Assembly (NCBI GenBank): GCA_965206595.1
Contig: OZ242214.1
Span: 3,136,001 to 3,200,000 of the forward strand
DNA length: 64,000 bases
Direction: 5' to 3'
Source of the DNA: Candidatus Latescibacterota bacterium
Lineage (GTDB): Bacteria > Latescibacterota > UBA2968 > UBA8231
Below, piece by piece: positions 40,194-50,197 of the stretch. The notes beneath the pieces are model-generated. The model did not search any database, was not told where the DNA came from, and worked only from the letters and a program-made list of their open reading frames with translations. Positions within the stretch are counted from its first letter, which is position 1; the number at the start of each line of letters is the position of its first letter. Made by a program: the position numbers and the translations under genes.

Positions 40194-42732
40194 ATGAAAA
40201 TCCTCTTTGGCTTAGCCGCAATCCTGTTTGTTCATACTGTCAGCGCCCAGGATTTTACTCGCTGGGATCTGCCAGAAGGGGCTCGACAACGCCTGGGTAA
40301 AGGGAGCATTCGGTCGATTGGCTACTTGCCTGGTGGCGCTCGGCTATCAGCGACTGGCAGTCTCGGGATCTGGCATCTATGATGCCCACACCGGTGCGGA
40401 AGTTGCCCTGATTCCCTGTATATATCGTGCCTATTCGGTTTCATCAGATGGGTCTGTACTGGCCTGTAATGTGGGATCCCGCATGCGATTGTGGGATACA
40501 GTCAGCGGACAGCGCAAACTCACCCTCGAGGAGTCTGGGAAGACGGGAATCGTGTCGTTTTCACCAGATGGGTCCACTCTCGCCGGTATTAGGACAAGCA
40601 AACGGGGAGAGAGGGACGAAAGAATACTACTGTGGGATGCGGTCAGTGGGAAACTGAAGGATACCCTTGAACCACAAGGGGATTTTTCGAATGTAATGTA
40701 TTCGCCGGATGGGATCACCTTGGCCGCTGTTGCGGTAGAGCAGAACAGCCCCGAGGAAAAGATTCAATCAGAGATCTGGGTGTGGGATGCGATCAGTGGG
40801 GAACTCATGACTACCTTCGAACTGCCAGAGTCTTTTCATAAATGGTGGATAAGGTATTCACCAGATGGATCCATGCTGGCCGTTATTGTCGGTCCGGTCG
40901 ATGAGGCAGAGATCTGGTTGTGGGATGTGGCCAGCGGTGAAGTCATCGGCACCCTCGAAAGGGCTAATAGGTTGTGGTCCCTGTTGTTCTCACCTGACGG
41001 TTCTGTGCTTGCAGGAGTATACAAACCAACAGGCGTGATCCTGTGGGATGTGGCAAACAGGGTAATCAAAGCTGTTCTCCCCAATGTTTTAGATGGTGAA
41101 AGAAGATCTAAAATAGACTTCATATCGTTTTCGCCAGATGGATCCACTCTAGCTGGTATCGACAGATCCGGTAGGATTGAGTTGTGGGATGTGGCCAACG
41201 ACGTTCAGCTTAAAAGAGTCCTTCAAGGAAAAGAGGTAAAGGGGTGGACTTCAGTATCCTACTCACCGGACGGGTTGTCCTTGGCCAGCAAAGAGGACAC
41301 CGGAATCCGAGTGTGGCACACAGCCAGCGGTCGCCCCATAGCCCTTTACGATGGCCATCTGTATGATGCCCGTGTGCTTGTCCACTCGCCGGATGGGAAA
41401 ACCCTAGCAGCAAGAACCAGTGAAGGCCAGGTCGTATTGTGGGATACAGATACCGGTCTGCAAAGGGCCATCTTCGACCGTTACTCCTATTCTCTGTCGT
41501 TTTCACCGGATGGATCAACTCTAGTGTGTGGGGGTGGTCCGGGCGTTCTGTTGGTGGATGCTGTCAGCGGTGAGCGTAAGCGTTTACTGAAATGGGAGGA
41601 GAGGCGTCGGACGGAATTTTTCTCCGCATCGTTTTTGCCGGATGGGAAGACCCTGGTGGCTCTCAATAGTGATGGAACGATTGTGGTGTGGAACGCGATT
41701 GACGGCCAACTCGAGGCCGTCCTTGAACCTGAACCTGATTGGCGAGTTGGTGCTTTCGCGATTTCGCCCGATGGATCCACTCTGGCCAATGCCTGGAATA
41801 CGGTCTGGATATGGGATGTGACCAGTGGTCAGCATATACGCACCTTCGCAAGTGGGGAAATCAGATCCATATCGTTTTCGTCCGACGGGTCTACTTTGGC
41901 GGTTGCGTTGACGGTGTACGATGAGCCCGGGTCCGGTAAGCCCTCTAATGGAAATGGGGACGATCATGGACCTGTTGGAACCCCAGAGATCCAGTTGTGG
42001 GATGTACCCAGCGGTAAACTCAAAGCCGCCAGCCATTCTTGGGCTGACGCCGTGAAGTTTTCGCCGAACGACCCCACCCTGTTAGCCAGCATTGATGATC
42101 GGGGACATATTCTATTTTGGGATGCGGACAGCGGGCAGCTCAGGACTACCCTTGAACCTGCAGAGATATATACCTTCACGTTTTCCCCAGATGGGTCTAC
42201 CTTGATTGGGGTCAATTTCAGGGGGATTTGGATGTGGGATGTGGGTAGCGGACAACTCATGGGAAATCATTGGGCGCCAGGTCAATTATTCCCGAGGCCC
42301 ACATTAGTACTAGGCCGACCTGCTATTTCACTTTCGTCAGATGGGTCCACTCTAGCCATTCCCGGCCGTGAGGGCACGGTGATGCTTTGGGATATGTCTA
42401 CTCCCACGATCACCCCTATACCCACGGCGGTTGAGTCTGCAGCCCCGCTGCCGGCGCAGACCGCCCTGCTGCCTAACTACCCGAACCCCTTCAATGCCAG
42501 TACCCAGATTTCCTACCGCCTGTCTGTTCCCGGTACGGTTCGGCTGGAGATTTACAACATCCTCGGGCAGCCCGTGCGGACGCTGGTAGACGAGGTTCAG
42601 CCTGCCGGAACACACCAGGTTTCCTGGGATGGCCGCGACCAGCGCGGGGCCCCGGTGGCGGCCGGAGTCTACCTGTCCCGGCTGCAGTATACCGGTGGGG
42701 TGCAGACGCAGCGGCTGCTCTACCTCAAGTAG
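40194..42732 (+). pseudogene. Secreted WD40-repeat protein with FlgD-Ig C-terminal domain; +1 frameshift at about 40374
   Basis: Signal peptide and TRWDLPEGARQRLGKG in one frame; SPDG.TLA...LWD repeats and NYPNPFN...WDG.D tail in another. An extra C in TGG-C-ATC-TAT breaks GIWIYD. Confidence 0.85.
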
Positions 42733-42778
42733 ATAAGGGTTCAGGACCGAAGCCGCATATCCAGAAGGAGATTGACCC

Positions 42779-43230
42779 GTGAGACGCCTTCTCCTCCTCT
42801 GCCTTCTGGGCTTGATGGCCAGCCCTGTTCTTTCGGCAACCAGCGACTGGGCGGCTACCGGCAACTGGCTGCCGCTCGCCGTGGGTAACTCATGGACCTA
42901 TTACCATCGCTATGGCAATTCAGATCGCAATCATCCGATTCCTGAGCATCCGTATACGGCGTATTTCACAGATACTTTCATGACCGAGGGGCCGCCGCCT
43001 CTGGTTATTTCCATACTGCGGACCGAGGAAGTCGAGGGTAAGACGTACTATGTGTTCAGCGACCTTCCAGACAACTGGCCTCCGGTGTCACCCTTGTTCA
43101 TAGCGGGCAAAAAGCTCCGATGGGAGGGCGACAACCTCGTGGAGAGAACCGATACCGGAGAGAAAATCATATTCCGATTCGGCGATGTCAGCCAAGGCAC
43201 CCTGGATTCCATTTCGCGGTGCGACAACCG
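42779..43230 (+). pseudogene. Secreted protein, apparently 3'-truncated
   Basis: Signal peptide and WLPLAVGNSWTY; after about 43200 the ORF is only the antisense of the hpcH-like gene. Confidence 0.5.
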
Positions 43231-43251
43231 GACGCGGCAGGTCGAAGACGC

Positions 43252-44022
43252 TCACTGCTGCTTCGGCGGGATCGCGGCCAGCAGCTGCGTCCAGGCCTTG
43301 CCGAGATCCATGACGTCGCCGCCGCAGATAACCAGGTCGCAGCCGGCATCCATCGCCGCCTCGAGCAGCGGCCCAGGAAGGGTGAAGATGCCGCTGAGCT
43401 TGCCTGCCGCCTTCGCCTTTTCGATGCAGGAGAGCACCATACCGCGCAGCCGCGGGTCGGTCATCTGCCCCGTGACCCCGAGGTTGACGGAGAGGTCCCC
43501 CGGCCCGAGGAAGATGCCGCTCAGCCCCTCGACGGCGAGGATCTCGTCGGCGTTGTCGACTGCTGCGGAAGTCTCGATCTGGGTGAAGAGGAAGGTGCGC
43601 TCGTTGGCCCGGGCCATCGCCTGCACCGGATCCTCGAGCCCGAAATCCATGCCCGGGGTGCGGGTGTTGTAGCCGCGCGCCCCCACCGGGGCGTACTTGC
43701 CGTACTCGACCACCCTGCGGGCGTACCCGGCGTCGTCCACCATCGGCACGACGAGGCTGCGCGCCCCCGACTCCAGGGCGCGCAGCACGTTGTTGCGCTC
43801 GCCGTCCGGCAGGCGCACCAGCGGGGCGGTCCCGCCGGCCTCGGCCGCGGTGCACATCGCCTCGACGCGCTCGAACCCGCTCGGGCCGTGCTCCATCTCG
43901 ATCCAGACCGCCTCCCAGCCGATGCGGGCGGCCAGCCTTACGAGCAGCGGCGAGCCGCTGTTGACGGTGACGCCGCGCACCCGCCGCGGCTTGCCCGCGG
44001 CGTCGAGAAACAGGTTGTCCAT
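43252..44022 (-). CDS. HpcH/HpaI aldolase family protein
   Basis: WIEMEH, VPMV, KYAPVGARG, TQIET, FLGPGDLS; RBS GAGGAG. Confidence 0.88.
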   Translation of the reverse strand: MDNLFLDAAGKPRRVRGVTVNSGSPLLVRLAARIGWEAVWIEMEHGPSGFERVEAMCTAAEAGGTAPLVRLPDGERNNVLRALESGARSLVVPMVDDAGYARRVVEYGKYAPVGARGYNTRTPGMDFGLEDPVQAMARANERTFLFTQIETSAAVDNADEILAVEGLSGIFLGPGDLSVNLGVTGQMTDPRLRGMVLSCIEKAKAAGKLSGIFTLPGPLLEAAMDAGCDLVICGGDVMDLGKAWTQLLAAIPPKQQ

Positions 44023-44297
44023 GGTTGCTCTCCTCGGCCCCGGGAGCCCTCCGGGAGGGCGCTCCCGCTGCCCGGGTGGTAGTTGGAACAGGTCCTTCCG
44101 CTTGCAGATGCGCTTCAGAGTATGGGAGCCGGTGGGAAAAGTCCATCCGCCGCGGTCGCACTCCTGGTTTCCGGCGCCCGCAATTCCTCCTGAATCAGCC
44201 GCCCGGCTACGCCGGGGTCCCACCCCTGGCTTCAGCACCGGCAGTTCCGCCCGAATCCGGCCGCCCCGTTCCTTCGGGGCCTGCCCCCGAAGACGCG

Positions 44298-45302
44298 CTA
44301 GCCCTCTTCGGGAATCACGCCGTCGAACCACTCGAGCACGCGCAGGGTGCGCTCGGTGCTCAGGTCGCCGTGCTTGCCGTCGTACTCCTCGTAGATGTGC
44401 GGCACCTGCGCTTCTTCGAGGCGCTCGTGGAGGATGCGGTGCCCGAGGTGGAAGTGGTACTCGTCGCGGAATCCGCAATCGGTGAACAGGTGCATGCCGC
44501 GGAAGGCGGCGGCGTACCTCTCGTACGCCCGTACCGGGTCGAAGTGCAGCCACTTCTCCCACACCTGCTCGTCGAGGTCGCCGTTGGGAAAGCGGATCGG
44601 CAGGTCGCCGCAGTACGGGGGGTTGTCCGGGTTGGGGGAATAGGCCGCGGCGAGGCCGTAGCAGATCCAGGAGTTGTAGTTGTCCCGGATCGGCCCGTTG
44701 AACCCCTTGGGCCAGGAGGAGTTCACCAGGTCGACGAGCCAGGGGACGTGGGTGACCTCGAAGTAGATGTCGGCGCTGCGGACCGCGGCCGCGGCGAAGA
44801 TCTCGGGGAAGCCGCCGCCGACGTGGAAGGCCCCGATGCCGCCGCTCGAGACCCCGGTCACCAGGCGGTGGCTGCGCTCCGGCACGGTGCGGTAATGGGC
44901 GTCGACGTACCCCACCACGTCGTCGGCCACGTAGCTGGCGTAGTTGCCGTTGATCCCCGAGTCGACCCACTGGCTGCAGCCCCAGCGGTTGTGGCCGTCC
45001 GGGGCGACGAGGATCATCTCGCGGCAGCTCTCCCCTTCCATCAGCTCGTCGGCGGCGTGCAGGAAGGAACGCCACCCCGGTCCCGAGGAGAGGGAGAAGT
45101 CGTTTGCCCAGGACCACGCGGTGCCGCCGAAGCCGTGCAGGATGTAGGCGACCGGGTAGCGCCGCGACTCCGACTCGCGGTAGGAACGCGGCAGCAGCAC
45201 GGCGAGGTTGCGAACCGCGGGATCCCCCAGCCTGTTGTCTTCGAGATGGCGCCCGTGAATGGTGTCGATCTGCAGTCGTTGCGCGCGTTCCTCCGGTGTC
45301 AT
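44298..45302 (-). CDS. Putative esterase (alpha/beta hydrolase)
   Basis: YPVAYILHGF, nucleophile GVSSGG, DCGFRDE, DGKH. Confidence 0.85.
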   Translation of the reverse strand: MTPEERAQRLQIDTIHGRHLEDNRLGDPAVRNLAVLLPRSYRESESRRYPVAYILHGFGGTAWSWANDFSLSSGPGWRSFLHAADELMEGESCREMILVAPDGHNRWGCSQWVDSGINGNYASYVADDVVGYVDAHYRTVPERSHRLVTGVSSGGIGAFHVGGGFPEIFAAAAVRSADIYFEVTHVPWLVDLVNSSWPKGFNGPIRDNYNSWICYGLAAAYSPNPDNPPYCGDLPIRFPNGDLDEQVWEKWLHFDPVRAYERYAAAFRGMHLFTDCGFRDEYHFHLGHRILHERLEEAQVPHIYEEYDGKHGDLSTERTLRVLEWFDGVIPEEG

Positions 45303-45388
45303 CGCCAGCTCCCTGGTTGCTGTTTTGAGCTACATTAAACCCGCATTGCCCTGCGAAAACAAGCGACATGCCGGCGGAGACGATCGTC

Positions 45389-46168
45389 ATGACCCCCTTC
45401 GAACAAGCGGTAACGGAAATCGAGATCTACGGATTCACCCTGGTGGCGGATGTCCTCGATCCCGGCCAGATCGAGGCCTTGAAAAGCGCCCTCATCCGCA
45501 GCGCCGGCGAGGTCGGACTGCACGGGTACGAAAACCGCAACGCCACCTCCGTGCTGGTCGCCAACCTGCCGGCGCGGGATCCGGTCTTTTTCCGGACCAT
45601 CGATCATCCCGCCATCCTGCCGATCCTCGAGCACTTCCTCGACAGGACCCTCATCCTCGGCAGCCTCAGCTCGCGCATCGTCCGGCCAGGGGACGGCGAG
45701 CAGGATTTCCACAGCGACATACCGGCTCACATGCTCAACCCGGTCTCCCCGGTCATGATGAACACCGTGTGGATGCTCGACGATTTCAGCCCCGAGATCG
45801 GCGGCACCCGCATCGTCCCCGGCTCGCACAAAAGCGGCCTCGCCGGCCCGCCGCAGGGGATGGAGGTCAGGCACGCGTTTCAACCCGAGGCCGCGGCGGG
45901 AAGCGTTTTGATCTTCAACGGCCAGTGCTGGCACGCCGGCGGCGCCAACAGCACCGGCCGCAATCGCCACGCCCTGTTCGCCCACTACCGCAAGTCGATG
46001 CTGATGTTCCAGCTCGACCCCCACGACGGTTTTCCGGCGGCGTGGTACGACCGACTGAACCGGCGCCAGAAGGAGCTGCTGCGCATGCAGTCCGGCCTCA
46101 ACGAAAGCCACGCCTCGGACGAGCACCTCGCCCGGTTGCTCCCCAGGCCGGATCGCCAGGGGAGTTGA
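45389..46168 (+). CDS. PhyH-family dioxygenase (close paralog of 39208-39948)
   Basis: FHSD, GGTRIVPGSH, WHAGGAN; long identical stretches shared with the paralog. Confidence 0.88.
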   Translation: MTPFEQAVTEIEIYGFTLVADVLDPGQIEALKSALIRSAGEVGLHGYENRNATSVLVANLPARDPVFFRTIDHPAILPILEHFLDRTLILGSLSSRIVRPGDGEQDFHSDIPAHMLNPVSPVMMNTVWMLDDFSPEIGGTRIVPGSHKSGLAGPPQGMEVRHAFQPEAAAGSVLIFNGQCWHAGGANSTGRNRHALFAHYRKSMLMFQLDPHDGFPAAWYDRLNRRQKELLRMQSGLNESHASDEHLARLLPRPDRQGS

Positions 46169-46206
46169 ACTTCCAGGTGCTCGAAATTGCCACGGAAGGT
46201 TAAGAA

Positions 46207-47118
46207 ATGAATCGACTTCTGATTGTCCTGATATTGGCAGGCGTAGCTGAAGCGCACAGCGGGGACCGCGTGTATCCCTTCTACGAGCTTACGGATGAAA
46301 TGCTGGAGCAGATCGACTTGCACGACGGGTTTATCGACGAGTGGTATGAGATCGGTGAACCGAGCATGACCCTGCTGGATTTCAAGACCAACGGCGACAT
46401 TATTCCACTCAATCCGTCCAATCTCGACTTTCGCATCTGGCTAGCTTGGCATGATGAGCCGAATCGTATCTATGTGGCTTTCATCATCAGTGACGATGAA
46501 TACAAGAACACCCATGATTGGTCCAGCGAAACAGCGACTATGAGATGGCTTGATTTTAATGACAGCATCACCCTCTACCTTGACGCCGATCACAGCGGTG
46601 GCAGGGGATTAGTAGATATTGCAGGTGATGTAGCCGATGAGGAAAGAATGCGTATTTTCGGACATACGCAGATGTATAATGTAATTGCTCAAACGGTAAG
46701 CGGCCCAACCATGGCCGCGGGTAGTATAATCAGGGAAAGAGAGCCCCGGCATAATCTACCCCCCTATGGAGATGCGGGGGGCGGAGTCTCAGGAGAGAAC
46801 CCGACTATCAGTGTTATCGAGTTCTTTGTCACTCCACGGGATGCATGGGGAGACAACCTGGAGGACACCCCTTTCAGCGAGCTGTCTGCGCATCAGATTA
46901 TTGGGTTTGTTCCCGTCGTCAACGATTTTGATCCTTCTGATCCGGATTGGGGATATTCTCCTACCCCCTGGCATCCAGAAGCCATTGATGATGACGATGC
47001 GCATCTGAGGCTTCATGATTATATGGCCGACCTCTTCCTTGATGGCTTGCTGCTTCCCGCTCAGGAAACAGCCGTCGAGTCCGTCACCTGGGGACGCATC
47101 AAGGCGTCTTTGGAGTAA
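46207..47118 (+). CDS. Secreted CBM9/DOMON-like protein with C-terminal TWGxIK motif
   Basis: Signal peptide, DG...EW, RIWLAW...NRIYVA...DD, ending TAVESVTWGRIKASLE. Confidence 0.7.
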   Translation: MNRLLIVLILAGVAEAHSGDRVYPFYELTDEMLEQIDLHDGFIDEWYEIGEPSMTLLDFKTNGDIIPLNPSNLDFRIWLAWHDEPNRIYVAFIISDDEYKNTHDWSSETATMRWLDFNDSITLYLDADHSGGRGLVDIAGDVADEERMRIFGHTQMYNVIAQTVSGPTMAAGSIIREREPRHNLPPYGDAGGGVSGENPTISVIEFFVTPRDAWGDNLEDTPFSELSAHQIIGFVPVVNDFDPSDPDWGYSPTPWHPEAIDDDDAHLRLHDYMADLFLDGLLLPAQETAVESVTWGRIKASLE

Positions 47119-47295
47119 GACCCTCATCGTCTTTCTGTTCCTGCTCGCTCAAGTCAGAGCCCACGATCCGAGCGGGAGCTCAGCCTCTGGTGCTGCAGGC
47201 GGGCCGGGCGGGGAGCCCGGTAATTTTGGCGCGGTACTGCTGTCTGTGAGCTACAACGAGAATTCACGAACCAGATCCGATAACGGAGAATCGAC

Positions 47296-48267
47296 ATGAG
47301 CGCAGACAAGGTGCGCTGGGGCATCATCAGCACCGCCCGCATCGCCGCAACCGCTTTCGTTCCCGCGGTGCGCCAGACCCGGCGGGGGGAGGTAACCGCG
47401 GTCGCCAGCCGCAGCCGCGACAAGGGGGAATCGTTCGCCAGGGAGCACGGGATCCCGCAGGTCTTCGACGACTACGCCAGCCTGCTGGCCAGCGACGAGG
47501 TCGACGCCGTGTACAACCCCCTCCCCAACACAATGCACCGCGAGTGGACGGAGGCGGCCGCGGCCGCCGGCAAGCACGTCTTCTGCGAAAAACCGCTGGC
47601 GACCACCGCGGCCGACGCCGAGGCGATGGTGGCCGCCTGTGAAGAGGCGGGGGTGGTCTTCTTCGAGGCCTTCGTCTTCCTCTACCACCCGCAGACCCTG
47701 AAGCTGCGCCGGCTTATCGACGAGGGGGCCATCGGCGAGCTGCTGCAGCTGCACGCCCACATGAGCTTCCCCATCCAGCGGCCGACCGACAACATCCGCA
47801 TGAACCGCGCCCTCGGAGGCGGCAGCCTCTACGACGGCGGCTCCTACCCGATCACCTTCTCCCGCTTCGCCTTCGGGGAAGAGCCGGCCGGCCTTCAGTC
47901 GAAGGTCCTGATCGACCAAGACTACCACGTCGACACCCGCGCGACCCTGATCCTGGAGTTCTCGGAAGACCGGACCGCCTCGATCCAGGGCGGCTTCGAC
48001 GCCTTCGGGGGGCAAGGGGCGGTGCTGTTCGGCAGGGAAGCGGCGATCGAGATCCCCAGACCCTACCATCCCCAGGAGCAGTCGAGCTTCGTCATTCGAT
48101 CGGGGGGGAGCGAAGAGGTGGTCTCCTTCGACAACGGGGTCGCGCCGTTCACGCCGGCGATCGAGCATTTCCACGATTGCGTGCTCGATGGGGCGGAGCC
48201 GCTGGTCACGGCGGCCAATGCGGTTGGGACGCTGCGGGTGATCGAATTCGTGCTGGCCGGGAGTTGA
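47296..48267 (+). CDS. Gfo/Idh/MocA oxidoreductase
   Basis: WGIISTARIA, VYNPLPN..H, CEKP, GGGSLYD.G.YP. Confidence 0.9.
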   Translation: MSADKVRWGIISTARIAATAFVPAVRQTRRGEVTAVASRSRDKGESFAREHGIPQVFDDYASLLASDEVDAVYNPLPNTMHREWTEAAAAAGKHVFCEKPLATTAADAEAMVAACEEAGVVFFEAFVFLYHPQTLKLRRLIDEGAIGELLQLHAHMSFPIQRPTDNIRMNRALGGGSLYDGGSYPITFSRFAFGEEPAGLQSKVLIDQDYHVDTRATLILEFSEDRTASIQGGFDAFGGQGAVLFGREAAIEIPRPYHPQEQSSFVIRSGGSEEVVSFDNGVAPFTPAIEHFHDCVLDGAEPLVTAANAVGTLRVIEFVLAGS

Positions 48268-48282
48268 GGGGGCGCTACGTTT

Positions 48283-48425
48283 TCAGGCCAACTGGACAGG
48301 GCCAGGATAACGCCCGACGGCTTCGTCAACCGTCAACAGCCGTAATCCCTTCGATCTGCGCCTTTGTAATTCGGCCGGTAAACAGGCTCACCGGCTTCCC
48401 ACACAGTGCCCTTGACGTCAACAGG
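48283..48425 (-). pseudogene. Internally deleted vapC (PIN) remnant
   Basis: Minus strand gives WEAGEP/LPAE then AQIEGIT/LLTVDEAVGRYPGPVQLA*, matching the intact PIN at 57707 (WAAGEPDRLPAE...AQIEGMTLLTVDEVVGRYPGPIQLF*). Confidence 0.8.
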
Positions 48426-48428
48426 ACC

Positions 48429-49256
48429 TTAATCCCGCCCCGTTTCTGACAAGGTAGCAAGTGTTTCAAGGGACTGAAAACAAATAGATCTTCGCAATTT
48501 GTGAAGGGATTTTTCCTTTATTTGGCGAATGCGTTCTCTGGTAAGGCCCATCTTTTCCCCAATTTCCTGAAGTGTGTGAGGCTCCCCCCCTTCAAGTCCA
48601 AAGTAAAGTTTGATAATTTGGTAATCTCGATTGTTTAATTTATGAAAACTAAAATCTATCTGTCTCCGCGCAGATTCTCGTAAGGAGGAAGTGTCCGGCG
48701 CGGGATTAGTAATATCACTATAAAGATTGCCATTTAGGGAGTCAGCATTTCCCAAATTTTCTTCGAAATAACACATATCCCTAGAATTAATTAGTTCTCT
48801 AATTTCTGTTTCTGAAAATTTTAAATCCTTGGAAATCTCGGTAAGGTCTGATTCTTCGAAATCGTCAAAATCCATTGTAGGAAGGGCTTTCCGAACCTTC
48901 CGAAGGATTGCAACCTTATTTAGAGGCATCCGGACCGTATGTACATCCTCCTCAAGAGCTTTTAAAATCGATTGTCGGATCCACCATACGGCGTAGGTGA
49001 TAAATTTATTCCCCATATCTCCGTCAAACCGATCTGCAGCCGTTATCAAGCCCAAATTACCCGCACTAATCAGGTCCGACAAAGGTAGCCCGCAATTCTG
49101 GAATGGGATAGCAACATAAATCACGAACCGCAAATTCCCGTTAATTAGTTCATCCCGCGCCTGGAGATCCCCGCATTTAATTCGGGATGACAATTCCACC
49201 TCGCGTTCACGGGATAAAGGGGTTGAGCCCATAATGTCCTTAAAAAGGACCCGCAA
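48429..49256 (-). CDS. RpoD/RpoS-like sigma-70 factor (regions 1.2-4); possibly the C-terminal half of a fusion with the upstream ORF
   Basis: NLRFVI, DLISAGNLGLITAADRFD, KFITYAVWWIRQSI, TLQEIG..GLTRERIRQI. AT-rich. Confidence 0.9.
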   Translation of the reverse strand: MRVLFKDIMGSTPLSREREVELSSRIKCGDLQARDELINGNLRFVIYVAIPFQNCGLPLSDLISAGNLGLITAADRFDGDMGNKFITYAVWWIRQSILKALEEDVHTVRMPLNKVAILRKVRKALPTMDFDDFEESDLTEISKDLKFSETEIRELINSRDMCYFEENLGNADSLNGNLYSDITNPAPDTSSLRESARRQIDFSFHKLNNRDYQIIKLYFGLEGGEPHTLQEIGEKMGLTRERIRQIKEKSLHKLRRSICFQSLETLATLSETGRD

Positions 49257-50020
49257 AACGTTTTCTTCCCCATCCGGAATTTTTTTTCAAAAATAGCTTT
49301 TTCAAACCAAGAATAAATCCTGTTATAGAATTTCCGATTACGTTCGCTGGAAGTTAGCTTGCTAAGCCATGAATTTAATATTCCATCGCAGTTAATTGGT
49401 TTATGATTAGCAACCATCCAGTTTGCACACTGTGATAGCGATATTTCCATCAAACTGTCTAGATCAATTGGGCTTGGATTCGGGAGTGAAATATCCCTGA
49501 TCAACGATGTGACGCGCTCAAAAACATCGCGAGAATTATCGAGTTTATTGGGCCGGCGCCCTACAACCGCCACACTCAAGCGTGTTCCAGCTCGAAAAAA
49601 TACAACAGTTGGAGGAGTTAGTCGCTTATCAATCTCGCGGGTAAATTCATCAAGTATCCCTCTCGGTGCATCAGGTCCCTTCAGTTCCACTGCGAGAAAA
49701 AGAAAGCTCCGATGTCGTCCGCCTTGATAATAGCCTGCCGACCTCCCCGACCCTTGGAGACAACTCGAGATTATTTGGTCATTAGTCATTTGGAAAACGA
49801 GCTTTACAGACTGGACATCTTCCCGGAAAGCACCTTCTGGTTCCGTATTGGGTCTAATTGCAGGAAATTTTTGGATGAAATCCTCTACACTGCCAGAGAG
49901 CTTAAAAGTTCGATCACTCTCGTATCCCAAAATCAAAAGAAGATCTTTAACAACTAAAGAAAGATCTCTGCCTTTTGAGGATGCTAAAGTAGATTGGATA
50001 TCTTCACGAATGCCGGACAT
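49145..50020 (-). CDS. Paralog of the N-terminal ~250 aa of the adjacent Eco57I-like methyltransferase
   Basis: Colinear with the 50198-53845 N-terminus (STLAS..GRD, LGY.S, SFLF.A.ELKG, EFTREI.KRL, N.RFY....WF). Similarity stops at about 49280. Confidence 0.85.
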   Translation of the reverse strand: MSGIREDIQSTLASSKGRDLSLVVKDLLLILGYESDRTFKLSGSVEDFIQKFPAIRPNTEPEGAFREDVQSVKLVFQMTNDQIISSCLQGSGRSAGYYQGGRHRSFLFLAVELKGPDAPRGILDEFTREIDKRLTPPTVVFFRAGTRLSVAVVGRRPNKLDNSRDVFERVTSLIRDISLPNPSPIDLDSLMEISLSQCANWMVANHKPINCDGILNSWLSKLTSSERNRKFYNRIYSWFEKAIFEKKFRMGKKTFCGSFLRTLWAQPLYPVNARWNCHPELNAGISRRGMN

Positions 50021-50094
50021 CCTGTAAAGAAAGATCTCTGCCTTTTGAGGATGCTAAAGTAGATTGGATATCTTCACGAATGCCGGACATCCTG
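49955..50094. repeat. Perfect 70-bp tandem duplication spanning the gene start
   Basis: TAAAGAAAGATCTC...CCGGACATCCTG at 49955-50024 and 50025-50094. Confidence 0.95.
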
Positions 50095-50197
50095 ATTACC
50101 TGATGATATAAAGATGGACCAGTTTTCAAAGTTCCATTGTTACAATCGAAAGAACATTCAAAAAAAAGATCTGTTCCACTCAAATTGTTCACTCATT

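Noticed and set aside
20384-42400. Repetitive DNA as a possible CRISPR or other array
   Set aside because: The repeats are degenerate coding FG-GAP and WD40 units; no repeat-spacer structure or cas genes.
42779-43672. Full 297-aa protein overlapping the aldolase
   Set aside because: The C-terminal half is simply antisense to the hpcH-like gene; treated as a truncation.
48429-49256. Housekeeping rpoD
   Set aside because: Lacks region 1.1, is AT-rich, has no dnaG context and lies inside a defence island.
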